Positions 28,629 through 37,645 are shown, numbered from the stretch's first letter. The stretch is 41,581 nt of DNA from an uncultured Lachnospiraceae bacterium (GCA_964569225.1 CAZMTU010000004.1:1-41581), one strand, 5' to 3'. Made by a program: numbers and translations. The notes: generated by a model not told the origin, from the sequence alone.

Positions 28629-29479
28629 TTTCCAGCTCCTCCTAAAACAGCTCCTACAAGGTAAAATATGGCATATGCGGCAATATTTGCCGCAACAATA
28701 GTTGAACCGACAGGCGTTCCGGCAAGGATGGCAATGAGTATACCGAGCAATGCGCAGAACACCGATATAATTGCCGCGCTAAGCGTTACGGATTTAAAGC
28801 TTTTAAATACCCGCATAGCCGAAAGCGCCGGAAAAATAACCAACGCTGAAATCAAAAGTGAACCCACAAGATTCATTGCAAGCACAATAATAACCGCAAT
28901 GACAATCGCAATTAACAGATTATAAAGCCCCGCTTTAGTTCCTGCTGCCTTCGCAAAATTTTCATCAAAAGTAACACAAAATATTTTATTGTAGAACAAA
29001 ATAAATACCGCCGCGACAATTACGGAAAGAATAACGCAAAGCCATACTTCTGTTGGCGTTAAGGTCAGAATAGAGGTAGAGCCAAATAGTGTGCTGCACA
29101 CATCGCCGGACAGATTGGAGGAGGTTGAAAACAGATTCATCAGCAAATAACCGATTGCCAGCGCGCCTACGGAGATCATTGCTACAGCCGAATCCCCCTT
29201 GACCTTGGCGTTCTGCCCCGTTCTGAGAAGCAGAATCGCGCAGATTACCGTAACCGGCAGAACCAGTACCATATCATTGGTGAGTCCTAACACGCCCGCC
29301 ACCGCCATCGCCCCGAAAGCCACATGCGACAGCCCATCGCCGATAAAGGAAAAGCGCTTCAATACCAAAGTAACACCGAGCAGTGAGGAGCAAAGCGAGA
29401 TCAGAACGCCTACGATTAACGCATAGCGTACAAAAGGATATTGAAAGTAAAGCATCAACTTATCCCAAAGCGCTATCAT
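28625..29479 (-). CDS. Zn/Mn ABC transporter permease (ZnuB/AdcB-like)
   Basis: LVLKRFSFIGDGLSHVAFG, LFGS, TFDENFA, VGSLLISAL..P. Confidence 0.93.
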   Translation of the reverse strand: MIALWDKLMLYFQYPFVRYALIVGVLISLCSSLLGVTLVLKRFSFIGDGLSHVAFGAMAVAGVLGLTNDMVLVLPVTVICAILLLRTGQNAKVKGDSAVAMISVGALAIGYLLMNLFSTSSNLSGDVCSTLFGSTSILTLTPTEVWLCVILSVIVAAVFILFYNKIFCVTFDENFAKAAGTKAGLYNLLIAIVIAVIIVLAMNLVGSLLISALVIFPALSAMRVFKSFKSVTLSAAIISVFCALLGILIAILAGTPVGSTIVAANIAAYAIFYLVGAVLGGAGK

Positions 29480-30195
29480 ACTTTCCCCTCTCCTTCCGAG
29501 ACTATCCAGCGGCTGCCTATTTCGTTTTGCAGATACGCTTGTTTAGTACCAAAAAATACCGTTTGGCCCAAATGTAGAATATGGCTGGCGTATTGGACTG
29601 CCGCCGCAATATCGTGCGAAATCATAATCACCGTTATGCCGTCTTTTCGGTTGAGCGTTTCAATCAAGCGATACATCTCAGCGGTCACCTTCGGATCAAG
29701 GCCCGAAACAGGTTCATCAAGCAGCAGCATTTTTTGCGTTGCGCATAACGCTCGCGCTAACAGAACCCGCTGCTGCTGACCGCCCGAAAGCTGCCGATAG
29801 CAGCGCTTTGCAAACGCGGTAATCCCCATTTTTTGCATGCTGTCGGAAGCAAGCTTTTTTTCCGCTTTGCTGTAAAACGGACGTAATCCGCACCTTCCCT
29901 GACACCCTGAAAGAACGATTTCTTTCACAGATGCTGGAAAATCCTTTTGAATGACTGTTTGCTGCGGTAAATATCCGATCTCATTCGGTTTCAACCCGTC
30001 CCCTGTCAGTATTTTGCCGCTGATCGGCGCGTGCAGCCCAAGAATAGTTCTCATCAAAGTGGTTTTTCCGGAACCGTTTTCTCCCACAATGCAAAGATAA
30101 TCTCCGGTATTTACCGAAAAGCTCAGGTCGCTTAAAATAGCTTTCGCATCGTATCCAAGCGAAAGATTTTGACAAATCAGCTGTGCCATAAACAT
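29476..30195 (-). CDS. Zn/Mn ABC transporter ATPase (ZnuC/AdcC-like)
   Basis: GENGSGKT, IGYLPQ, DFPASV, LSGGQQQRV, LLDEP, ISHD. Confidence 0.93.
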   Translation of the reverse strand: MFMAQLICQNLSLGYDAKAILSDLSFSVNTGDYLCIVGENGSGKTTLMRTILGLHAPISGKILTGDGLKPNEIGYLPQQTVIQKDFPASVKEIVLSGCQGRCGLRPFYSKAEKKLASDSMQKMGITAFAKRCYRQLSGGQQQRVLLARALCATQKMLLLDEPVSGLDPKVTAEMYRLIETLNRKDGITVIMISHDIAAAVQYASHILHLGQTVFFGTKQAYLQNEIGSRWIVSEGEGKV

Positions 30196-30202
30196 TGCCC
30201 CC

Positions 30203-31174
30203 TTACTTCAACGCATCCTTCAGCACTTCCAGATTTTTTTCCATAACGGAAAGATAGGTCGTTCCGCTTTTTATATCATTGTAATTAACAGACTGCATTG
30301 AGTCCATCGACAAAATCCGTGCATTCTTTTTTAGGGTTGTCTGCACAACAGTTTCGGCAAGCTTATGACCGGTTCCTTCAATCGTCAACACTGCTGAAAG
30401 ATTTAGTTCGTCTATTTTGCCCGCAAGGAAAGCAATGGTTTCAAAGCTCGCCTCACTTTCCGAAGAACAGCCGGCAAAGGCCGCATAATACGTAAGACCG
30501 TAATCGTCTACCAGATAACGGAAGGGAAACCGATCGGCAAACAAGACCGTTCTGCTTTCCGACGCGTCTGCCCAAGCTTTATATTCTACATCCAGCGCAT
30601 TCAGTTTTTCAATATATGCCGTTACATTGGCATCGTAAATAGCTTGACGGTCCGGATCGACCAAAGCCAGCTTATCGGCAATGACACGACAAAGTATCTC
30701 GGCATTTTTCAGCGACAGCCAAATATGCTCATCGTATTCCGTATCTTCGGCTTCATCCGTTTCTTTTTCCATTCCCTCAACAATTTCTTCTTCCTTCGCT
30801 TGATCGCCAAGCGCTTCCAACAGATTGACAACGATCATCTCCTTATTGACCGCTTCTTTCAAAGCCCTTTCTACCCACGCATCCGACTCTCCGCCAATAT
30901 AAATGAACATATCACAGGTGGATATTCTGATCATATCATCCGCGGTAGGCTGATAGCTATGCATATCGACTCCATTATCGAGCAACATAGTCAGTTCCGC
31001 GTAATCAGTCTGATCACCTAAAATCGCCCGTACCCAATCGTATTCCGGAAAAATAGTTGTAACAATACGCAGCTTATCGGTTACCCCATCGTTATTATTC
31101 CTACAACCGTTCAAGCCTCCTATTAGCAAAACAGGAGTCAATAGAATAAATAACACCAATAACACCTTTTTCAT
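30203..31174 (-). CDS. Metal ABC transporter substrate-binding lipoprotein (ZnuA/AdcA-like)
   Basis: Lipobox LNGC; TTIFPEYD, DMHSYQP, DEHIWLS, YLSVMEKNL. Confidence 0.92.
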   Translation of the reverse strand: MKKVLLVLFILLTPVLLIGGLNGCRNNNDGVTDKLRIVTTIFPEYDWVRAILGDQTDYAELTMLLDNGVDMHSYQPTADDMIRISTCDMFIYIGGESDAWVERALKEAVNKEMIVVNLLEALGDQAKEEEIVEGMEKETDEAEDTEYDEHIWLSLKNAEILCRVIADKLALVDPDRQAIYDANVTAYIEKLNALDVEYKAWADASESRTVLFADRFPFRYLVDDYGLTYYAAFAGCSSESEASFETIAFLAGKIDELNLSAVLTIEGTGHKLAETVVQTTLKKNARILSMDSMQSVNYNDIKSGTTYLSVMEKNLEVLKDALK

Positions 31175-31220
31175 AAAACCAAAGACCTCCGAATTAAAAC
31201 AGCACTATAAAAATGGGCGC

Positions 31221-31285
31221 AAAAAAGCAAGGGGATCGAAAAACGACGGCAAAGCCTGCCCCAATCAGCAGACTTCCCCCCTTGC
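31221..31285 (-). terminator. Attenuator-like nested stem-loop with U6 tract between the leader ORF and the binding-protein gene
   Basis: Outer GCAAGGGG/CCCCTTGC, inner AAGTCTGC/GCAGGCTT, then TTTTTT. Confidence 0.55.
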
Positions 31286-31300
31286 ATATAATACACTGAT

Positions 31301-31597
31301 TTAATTCAAAAGCTCTACCTTAAGCATAATAAGCGTATTAGCCGATTTTAGCTCAGTCAAAAGCAACAATCTTGCACTTAAATGAGATGCGAATGCGGCT
31401 ATTGCGCAAGCTGACCAAACAGCCAGTGCCAGAGAATTCAGCGTCTGCCTATAGCTGCTAATCTGACAGCAGACTGAACAACCTTCCCCAATACAGTCAT
31501 GATCAGCTCTAACCGCAATACAGCAAGTGGAAAAAAGCACAACCAAGCATATTGCAAAAGCAAGCAGCAACGCTACGCCGCAAGCACGCTTTGTCAT
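31301..31597 (-). CDS. Small membrane protein with HxCxxxxCxxC motif, first ORF of the metal ABC operon
   Basis: GGGGAGGA RBS; two hydrophobic segments flanking DHDCIGEGCSVCC; C-terminus TLIMLKVELLN. Confidence 0.8.
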   Translation of the reverse strand: MTKRACGVALLLAFAICLVVLFSTCCIAVRADHDCIGEGCSVCCQISSYRQTLNSLALAVWSACAIAAFASHLSARLLLLTELKSANTLIMLKVELLN

Positions 31598-31631
31598 ACA
31601 GATTCCTCCCCACTTACCGATTTTTAAGTTC

Positions 31632-31660
31632 AGTATAGCACATCCCTAACCGAATGTCAA
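31632..31660 (-). promoter_or_regulatory. SigA promoter of the metal ABC operon
   Basis: TTGACA-N17-TATACT with extended TG. Confidence 0.8.
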
Positions 31661-31729
31661 TCTTCCAAGCTATAAAATACAAAAGTTTACATATTTATCA
31701 GTTTAAAATAAATAAGCAGACCTCATAAG

Positions 31730-31780
31730 AACAGTGAAAGGACATACCGCCTGCCGCTTACGCGACGAACGGTATGCCCC
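31730..31780 (-). terminator. Terminal hairpin of the orphan transcript
   Basis: GGGGCATACCGTTCGTCGC-GTAA-GCGGCAGGCGGTATGTCCT then TTCACTGTTCTT; several G-U pairs and a GNRA loop on the minus strand. Confidence 0.65.
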
Positions 31781-32123
31781 AAAATTCGGTGTTTATTATT
31801 TAATTGAAAAGGTGTATCTATCTAATATACCGAAACATAGCGACAAACATTCCTCACTCTTTCGAATATGGTAGTACTCCTTTATTCGGCAGCAGGCATT
31901 CCGGTGGTACGCATATGCAATTCTAAAAATAAATGATGAAAGGGTTTGTTACTTCGTATATAACACCGCTTTATCGTTTTGGCATTGCGTTCGTTCTCTC
32001 CTGCAGCCGATGCAAAGATTGTATCTTCCGCTTTACATAACTTATAAACGATCGGAAGATTCGGCATCCTCTGCACCTTGTATATCACATCACATTTAAC
32101 TCGGGTATCAGAAGATGCCCTAA

Positions 32124-32288
32124 TCAAATATTTTCTGAGACCCTCCCGGTCATTGTGCGAGTTTTATCCACGAAGGGATAAGCTCTTACTTTGGCTTTGT
32201 TATGATACGGTACCGAATAAATATCGGTTCTGCCCGGAGAAATCAGCTTTGCGCCGAGATTTTTGGTTCTGGTTTTAATATACCTCAT
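32124..32288 (-). CDS. Unannotated 54-aa basic small protein (MRYIKTRTKNLGAKLISPGRTDIYSVPYHNKAKVRAYPFVDKTRTMTGRVSENI)
   Basis: AGGAGG 8 nt before ATG; strong promoter about 65 nt upstream; shorter than any ORF in the supplied track. Confidence 0.5.
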   Translation of the reverse strand: MRYIKTRTKNLGAKLISPGRTDIYSVPYHNKAKVRAYPFVDKTRTMTGRVSENI

Positions 32289-32354
32289 TGCATATTCCTC
32301 CTATATGAACTGCACAATTTTTTTAGCTTTAAGCCACTTCCTTTGTGCATTTTT

Positions 32355-32383
32355 ATTGTACCATATCCTTTTAAAAATGTCAA
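32355..32383 (-). promoter_or_regulatory. Near-consensus SigA promoter with AT-rich upstream tract
   Basis: TTGACA-N17-TACAAT, extended TG, A tracts upstream (32384-32425). Confidence 0.8.
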
Positions 32384-32554
32384 TAGTTTTTCGAAAATTT
32401 TTTTGATTTTTTTGTTTATTTTTTACGCGGTCAAGTCAACACATTTCGCAGCTATAGCATGCAAAATGTAATTGATTCTCGGCAAGTAAATTATAGCAAG
32501 CCGCCAAAACATCTGTTATACTTTCATTCTCAAGTAATTACCGGCCATACCAAT

Positions 32555-32602
32555 TCCAAACAGGCGCGGCTCTCTTGCCGTGCCTGTTTGGGATTATTTT
32601 TT
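32555..32602. terminator. Hairpin at the 3' end of ppk
   Basis: CCAAACAGGCGCGGC-TCTCTT-GCCGTGCCTGTTTGG directly after the ppk stop. Confidence 0.65.
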
Positions 32603-34753
32603 TAACCAGCCGAATAACCTGCTTTTCCTCTGCTGCTCCGGCACTTTCGCTTCTAACGCATCGCGCATCAGCGCTGCCTGACTGTTTACAGTCATCGTTC
32701 CACTGCCTGCATTTCGGTAGCTGCCATCTGACCGCATAAGCCGTGCCTTGGTATTGTCCGCCAGTTGAAGCTCGATCATTCGATGAATCCGCTTCCGGAT
32801 CTCAGGATCGTCCACAGGACAGCCTACCTCCACTCTTCTTTCCATGTTTCGCGTCATAAAATCGGCAGATGAAATATACATAAGCTCTTCATCACCTTCC
32901 CCAAACAGATAAATCCGTGCATGCTCCAAATAACGCCCCACAATGCTCCGAATGGTGATATGATCGGTTTCATTTTCCACCAGCGGCAAAACGCAGCAGC
33001 TTCCCCGAACGATCAGTTCAATCCGCACACCGGCGCAGGAAGCCTCCCTCAGCTTTTTGATCAGTTCCAAGTCGGTAACAGCGTTCAGCTTAAAAAGCAG
33101 TCTGCCTTCCTCCCCTTTCGCTATTTCACGATCCATAAGCGTCATGATTTGATTTTTCATTGTATAGGGTGCTACTAATAAACGGTTATAATGCCCTTCT
33201 AAATTTCCAATCGCCATATTTTTAAAGAAATCCGCCGCATCCTGACCAATACCGCGATTTGCTGTAATCAAAGCCAAATCAGCATACTGTTTGGCTGTTT
33301 TTTCGTTATAATTACCGGTACCGATCTGTGTAATATAAGAAATTCCCGACCGTTCCTTTCGGGTAATTAGGCAGATTTTGGAATGAACTTTATACAGCTC
33401 GAAACCATAGAGAATAACGCAGCCCGCTTCCTCCAACCGCTGCGACCAGTTAATATTATGCTGCTCATCAAAGCGGGCGCGCAGTTCAATCAGGACTGTC
33501 ACTTCCTTGCCGTTTTCCGCCGCTCTGCATAAATAATCCACTATCTTCGCCCTTCCCGCTAAACGGTATATAGATATTTTAATGGACAGCACCGCTTTGT
33601 CGTAAGCGGCCTCCCGTATCAGCTGTAAAAACGGCTCCATCGACTCATATGGGTATGAAAGCAGCAAATCTCTTTTCTGCACCTGTTTCATGACCCGCTC
33701 ATTCGGGATCAGCATTGAAGCAGGCTGCGGCGTATAGGGATGATAGAGCAATTTTTCTTTCTGTTCCTCGCTAAGCTTATCTGCTAATGAAAAAACATAT
33801 TCCATTTTCATAGGTGAAGCGGTAATGTAGCAGTGCTTTTCCTGAATATTCAGCTTTTTGCAGAAATAACTGAGAAAGTATTTGCTGACCTCATTGCCGA
33901 TCTCCAGCCGTACTGGTGACAGCCGTTTACGGGTTTTTAATAACTGCTGCATTTTATCCCGAAAATCCTCATCTGCCTTATAGGCATCGGCATAAACCTC
34001 ATCCGCAGGTGTAATATCAGCGTTCCGTGTTACACAGAGCAGGGCCTTTTCGCTGATTTCATATCCTTCAAAAATTTTATCCGTATAAAACAACAAAATA
34101 TCGGATAAATGCAAATAGCGTATGCCCTCTCCGGGCAAAAAAAGCACTTCCGGAAGCATAGCGGGCAACGGAATCAAGCCAAAGCACGCTTCGGTCTTTT
34201 TATGAGCGGCTCCCTCTTTATGCCCATCAGAACCGTGAAGCATAGCGCCCACATACAGCGCTTTGTTGGGAAGGTGCGGAAAGGGATGGTGTCTATCCAC
34301 AATCTGAGGGGAAAGCACCGGCTCTATTTCAGCCTTAAAATAAGATTTGACAAATTTCAAATCGCTCCTTTCCAGCTCCTCCATCTTCATTTCAAAAATA
34401 CCGCCCAATCTCAGCAAAGCGGTTAAGCCGCGATAGATCGCATCCTTTTTGCGAATCAAAGGCTGAACAGCTTCAAAGACGGCTTCTAACTGCTGAACGA
34501 CCGTCATACCGGTTTTATTATCTACAGCTTCTTTATTTATACCGACAAGATCAAACAGGCTGCCTACCCGTATCATAAAAAATTCATCCAGATTTCCGGT
34601 AAAAATAGCGGCAAATTTCAAACGTTCCAACATAGGAACCCCTTCGTCAGCAGCCTCCATCAATACCCGTTCATTAAAACGCAACCATGACAATTCCCGA
34701 TTCTGAGTGTAGCTATGACGAGAACAACGACTGTCGCACGATTCATGCTTCAC
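32594..34753 (-). CDS. ppk: Polyphosphate kinase 1
   Basis: NRELSWLRFNERVL, NLDEFFMIRV, HPFPHL, ELRARFDE, KVHSKI, GTGNYNE, GRYLEHAR, SSADFMTRN. Confidence 0.97.
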   Translation of the reverse strand: MKHESCDSRCSRHSYTQNRELSWLRFNERVLMEAADEGVPMLERLKFAAIFTGNLDEFFMIRVGSLFDLVGINKEAVDNKTGMTVVQQLEAVFEAVQPLIRKKDAIYRGLTALLRLGGIFEMKMEELERSDLKFVKSYFKAEIEPVLSPQIVDRHHPFPHLPNKALYVGAMLHGSDGHKEGAAHKKTEACFGLIPLPAMLPEVLFLPGEGIRYLHLSDILLFYTDKIFEGYEISEKALLCVTRNADITPADEVYADAYKADEDFRDKMQQLLKTRKRLSPVRLEIGNEVSKYFLSYFCKKLNIQEKHCYITASPMKMEYVFSLADKLSEEQKEKLLYHPYTPQPASMLIPNERVMKQVQKRDLLLSYPYESMEPFLQLIREAAYDKAVLSIKISIYRLAGRAKIVDYLCRAAENGKEVTVLIELRARFDEQHNINWSQRLEEAGCVILYGFELYKVHSKICLITRKERSGISYITQIGTGNYNEKTAKQYADLALITANRGIGQDAADFFKNMAIGNLEGHYNRLLVAPYTMKNQIMTLMDREIAKGEEGRLLFKLNAVTDLELIKKLREASCAGVRIELIVRGSCCVLPLVENETDHITIRSIVGRYLEHARIYLFGEGDEELMYISSADFMTRNMERRVEVGCPVDDPEIRKRIHRMIELQLADNTKARLMRSDGSYRNAGSGTMTVNSQAALMRDALEAKVPEQQRKSRLFGWLKK

Positions 34754-34758
34754 GACTA

Positions 34759-35715
34759 TTATCTCCTATTTCCATCCTCTGTATGCTCTGCCGCATGCTC
34801 TGCTGTATGCTCTGCTGTATGCTCTGCGTGACAAAGCAAGTATCCCTCCCGAACACCGTTTGGACTGACCGTAAAAGCTTCACAGCCATATGCCGCCGCT
34901 ACTGTTTTAAGAATTGCCAAACCCGGCAGCATGGTATGCAGGCGGTCAGGCGCCACTCGGATAAGCGCTGATACCAACGTTTTTTTCTCTTTATGCGCCA
35001 TCTTGAGAATTTTTTTAAAGCGTTTACAGGCGTAACCGTTATATCCGTTTGTTTCCTGATACAGTTCGTCACTGAGCGCGCAGCTTGCCCTTGCAGTCCC
35101 GCCGACGCCGCAAAGCGTAATTCTCTCGCTCAATTCAACCGGTTTTTCAATTTTTTTAAGCAAGGAACCGACAAAATCTTCTATCTCCTGAAGCGCTTTG
35201 CGGTCGGGCAGAATACCGCTTGAAAATCTGCGCCACATATTCAGCGACCCTACCGGAATAGAATGGGCTGAAATTACCTTTTGATCTTTAAAAAAGACCA
35301 GCTCCGTACTACCGCCGCCCACATCTGCCATTAGTCCTTCAGATTGTGAAAATCCCTTCACTGCGCCGCAAAAATCATATGTGGCTTCTTCTTCCCCGCT
35401 AAGCACTTTAATTTCCAGTCCGCACTCGTTTTTTAAACGATCCACTACCTCCTCAGTATTGCATATATTTCGAAAAGGCGCTGTGGCAAAAACCATCAGA
35501 TGTTCCACCTGTACGCTCTCAAGAATCGATTGAAAACGCCTCAATACCTCTTCCGCCCGCTTAATTCCCGCCTCGCTCATAGCACCGGACTCATCTATAT
35601 ATCCAATCAGCCCCGCCACCTCTTTGCTGCCAAGCATTGCTTTGTATCCGTTCTCTGTTTTTCGGTAAAACACCATCCGTATAGTATTAGAACCAATATC
35701 AATTACCGCGTCCAT
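34759..35715 (-). CDS. ppx: Exopolyphosphatase Ppx, short form
   Basis: DIGSNTIR, ATAPFR, LSGEEEA, DVGGGSTEL, GVREGY; adjacent to ppk; ATG 35715 after GGGGGA. Confidence 0.9.
   Translation of the reverse strand: MDAVIDIGSNTIRMVFYRKTENGYKAMLGSKEVAGLIGYIDESGAMSEAGIKRAEEVLRRFQSILESVQVEHLMVFATAPFRNICNTEEVVDRLKNECGLEIKVLSGEEEATYDFCGAVKGFSQSEGLMADVGGGSTELVFFKDQKVISAHSIPVGSLNMWRRFSSGILPDRKALQEIEDFVGSLLKKIEKPVELSERITLCGVGGTARASCALSDELYQETNGYNGYACKRFKKILKMAHKEKKTLVSALIRVAPDRLHTMLPGLAILKTVAAAYGCEAFTVSPNGVREGYLLCHAEHTAEHTAEHAAEHTEDGNRR
34779..34826. repeat. Tandem repeat, 4 x 12 bp, in the 3' end of ppx
   Basis: CTGTATGCTCTG x3 plus variant CCGCATGCTCTG; encodes AEHT/AEHA units. Confidence 0.95.
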
Positions 35716-35820
35716 TTTATAAATCCCCCATTTATTCCTTTTACCTTCATCATATCGCAAAACCCGTTAATTATGCCATCCTAATCACGCAAATTTCATG
35801 TTAAATAATGGTATTTCCGC

Positions 35821-35862
35821 AAAAGAAAAAGCTGCCGCAAATTTTCATTCGCGACAGCTTTT
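35821..35862 (-). terminator. Terminator after the Na/Pi cotransporter
   Basis: AAAAGCTGTCGCGAAT-GAAA-ATTTGCGGCAGCTTTT then TCTTTT. Confidence 0.8.
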
Positions 35863-35906
35863 AAGCCGTTTTATAGTTTTTCAGCCAAAATAAGCAAAAA
35901 GTGCTA

Positions 35907-37568
35907 TTACTGGCTGATGCGCTCGATCACATAGTTCTTTTTAACTTCCAAGGTTTCCTCACTGTGAATGGCACATGCAATATTAATGGCATGGTCACCG
36001 CAGCGCTCCAAATCGGTTACCAAATCGGTAAACATAACGCCGCCGCGTGGATTACATTCCTCTTTTTTCAGCCGTGCGATATGATTTTCAATATCAATTT
36101 CCTTCAGCGCATCTATTTTTTCTTCCAATGCAGTCATTTCCTCCAGACGGTCAAAAGCCTCTGCATCATAAATTTCAATCGCCATCTGACAGGCACGAAT
36201 CGTCGCCTCAGAAATCTCCCGCAGTTCTACCCATCCGGCTTCTGTAAAGCGCACATGATGCTCTTCCTTAATCTGTGCATATTCCGCAATATTTTCCGCA
36301 TGGTCGCCAATCCGCTCAATATCAGCCACCACATGGAACATCATACCGATCTTTTCCTGATCCTTCTGGCTGAGCGTTTTACCATGCAGACTAATTAAAT
36401 AAGATGTTATGGTATGATTTAAAAAATTAATGGTATTTTCAACCCCAAACACGCCGTCCGCCAACTTGTCGTCATCAAAAAACGCTTTCAGCGCCAGCTT
36501 CAAATTATCAATAGCAAGTCCCGCCATTCGCAGTACTTCCTGTTTTGCCTGCATCACTGCGATCGCAGGCGTCATCAGCAGTTCGGGATTCAAATAGAGC
36601 AGTTTAGCGGCAGTTCGTTCATCCTCCTGTTTAACCGGAAGAATTCGTTCTGTCAGTTTTGCAATCCATTTCACAAACGGGAAAAGCACTACCGAAGATA
36701 CCAAATTGAAGCTTAAATGCAGATTCGCAATCTGGCGCGACACATCGGGTGAAAGACTGATGATCCACGTTTCGATAATCGGGAAAATCAATACCAATAA
36801 AATGAAAAAGATGGTTCCGAATACTTTCAGCAGCATGCCTGCAATAGCCGCTTGGCGGCTGCGGCGGTTTCCCGAAAAAGAGGCTAATACAACCGGCGCA
36901 ATAGCGCCTATGTTCATACCTAAAATCATGTAAAATACATCATGCAACCCCAATATTGAAGACGCAGATGTAGCAATCAGCGTTTGAAGAATACCGATTG
37001 ACGCGGACGATGACTGAATGACTGCTGTAACAAGCAGTCCGAACAGCAACGAGAGCAGCGGATTATCCACCCGCTTTAAAAAGCTTTCCATCACGGCGCC
37101 AAGATTTAACTGCTCTGCCGCCAGCTTCACAATATAAATGCCTACAAACAGCATTCCGAACCCCAGCACTACACCGCCGACTTTTTTAGCAATTTTATTT
37201 TTAATGAACGTATATAGAATCATGCCCACAAATAAAATAAAGGGCGCCAGCCAATCAATATTAAATGCAATAATCTGCGCGGTTACAGTTGTACCGATAT
37301 TTGCCCCCAGCATAATGTAAAGCGCATCCGCAATATTCATCAGTCCTGCATTGACAAATCCGATTGCCATAACGCTGGTCGCGCCTGAACTCTGTATCAG
37401 CGCCGTCACCACCACACCTGCTATAATGGCAGTAAATCCGTTAGAGGTCATCCGCGCAAGAACGGTACGCAGCTTTTCACCCGCCGCTTCCTTCAGAGAC
37501 GAAGACATGAAGTTGATTCCATACAGAAACAACCCAATACCGCCCAGTAACAAAAAAAACGCTTCCAT
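35907..37568 (-). CDS. Na/Pi cotransporter family protein with PhoU-like C-terminal domains
   Basis: GGIGLFLYG, repeated QSS (TALIQSSGAT, TAVIQSSSAS), GANIGTT, DIERIGDHAENI, DLERCGDH. Confidence 0.95.
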   Translation of the reverse strand: MEAFFLLLGGIGLFLYGINFMSSSLKEAAGEKLRTVLARMTSNGFTAIIAGVVVTALIQSSGATSVMAIGFVNAGLMNIADALYIMLGANIGTTVTAQIIAFNIDWLAPFILFVGMILYTFIKNKIAKKVGGVVLGFGMLFVGIYIVKLAAEQLNLGAVMESFLKRVDNPLLSLLFGLLVTAVIQSSSASIGILQTLIATSASSILGLHDVFYMILGMNIGAIAPVVLASFSGNRRSRQAAIAGMLLKVFGTIFFILLVLIFPIIETWIISLSPDVSRQIANLHLSFNLVSSVVLFPFVKWIAKLTERILPVKQEDERTAAKLLYLNPELLMTPAIAVMQAKQEVLRMAGLAIDNLKLALKAFFDDDKLADGVFGVENTINFLNHTITSYLISLHGKTLSQKDQEKIGMMFHVVADIERIGDHAENIAEYAQIKEEHHVRFTEAGWVELREISEATIRACQMAIEIYDAEAFDRLEEMTALEEKIDALKEIDIENHIARLKKEECNPRGGVMFTDLVTDLERCGDHAINIACAIHSEETLEVKKNYVIERISQ

Positions 37569-37645
37569 AATTTTCTACCCCAAACTCTCCGGCAGACACC
37601 CTGCCCCGGATTTTCTTCATCTTACTATCTATATTGTCTGCTTTC

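Noticed and set aside
31900-31915. GGTGGTACGC on the plus strand resembling a T-box
   Set aside because: Does not match GGTGGTACCGC, no specifier stem seen, and no amino-acid gene downstream on that strand
32240-32262. GGCGCAAAGC on the minus strand resembling part of a c-di-GMP-I riboswitch
   Set aside because: No upstream GGCAAA or GAAA-capped stem, and it lies inside the 54-aa ORF
28200-32590. Apparently lower-GC stretch as a genomic island
   Set aside because: Impression only and not computed; no integrase, tRNA target or flanking repeats
34779-34826. Repeat considered as a CRISPR array
   Set aside because: Contiguous 12-bp units without spacers, in frame within ppx, no cas genes
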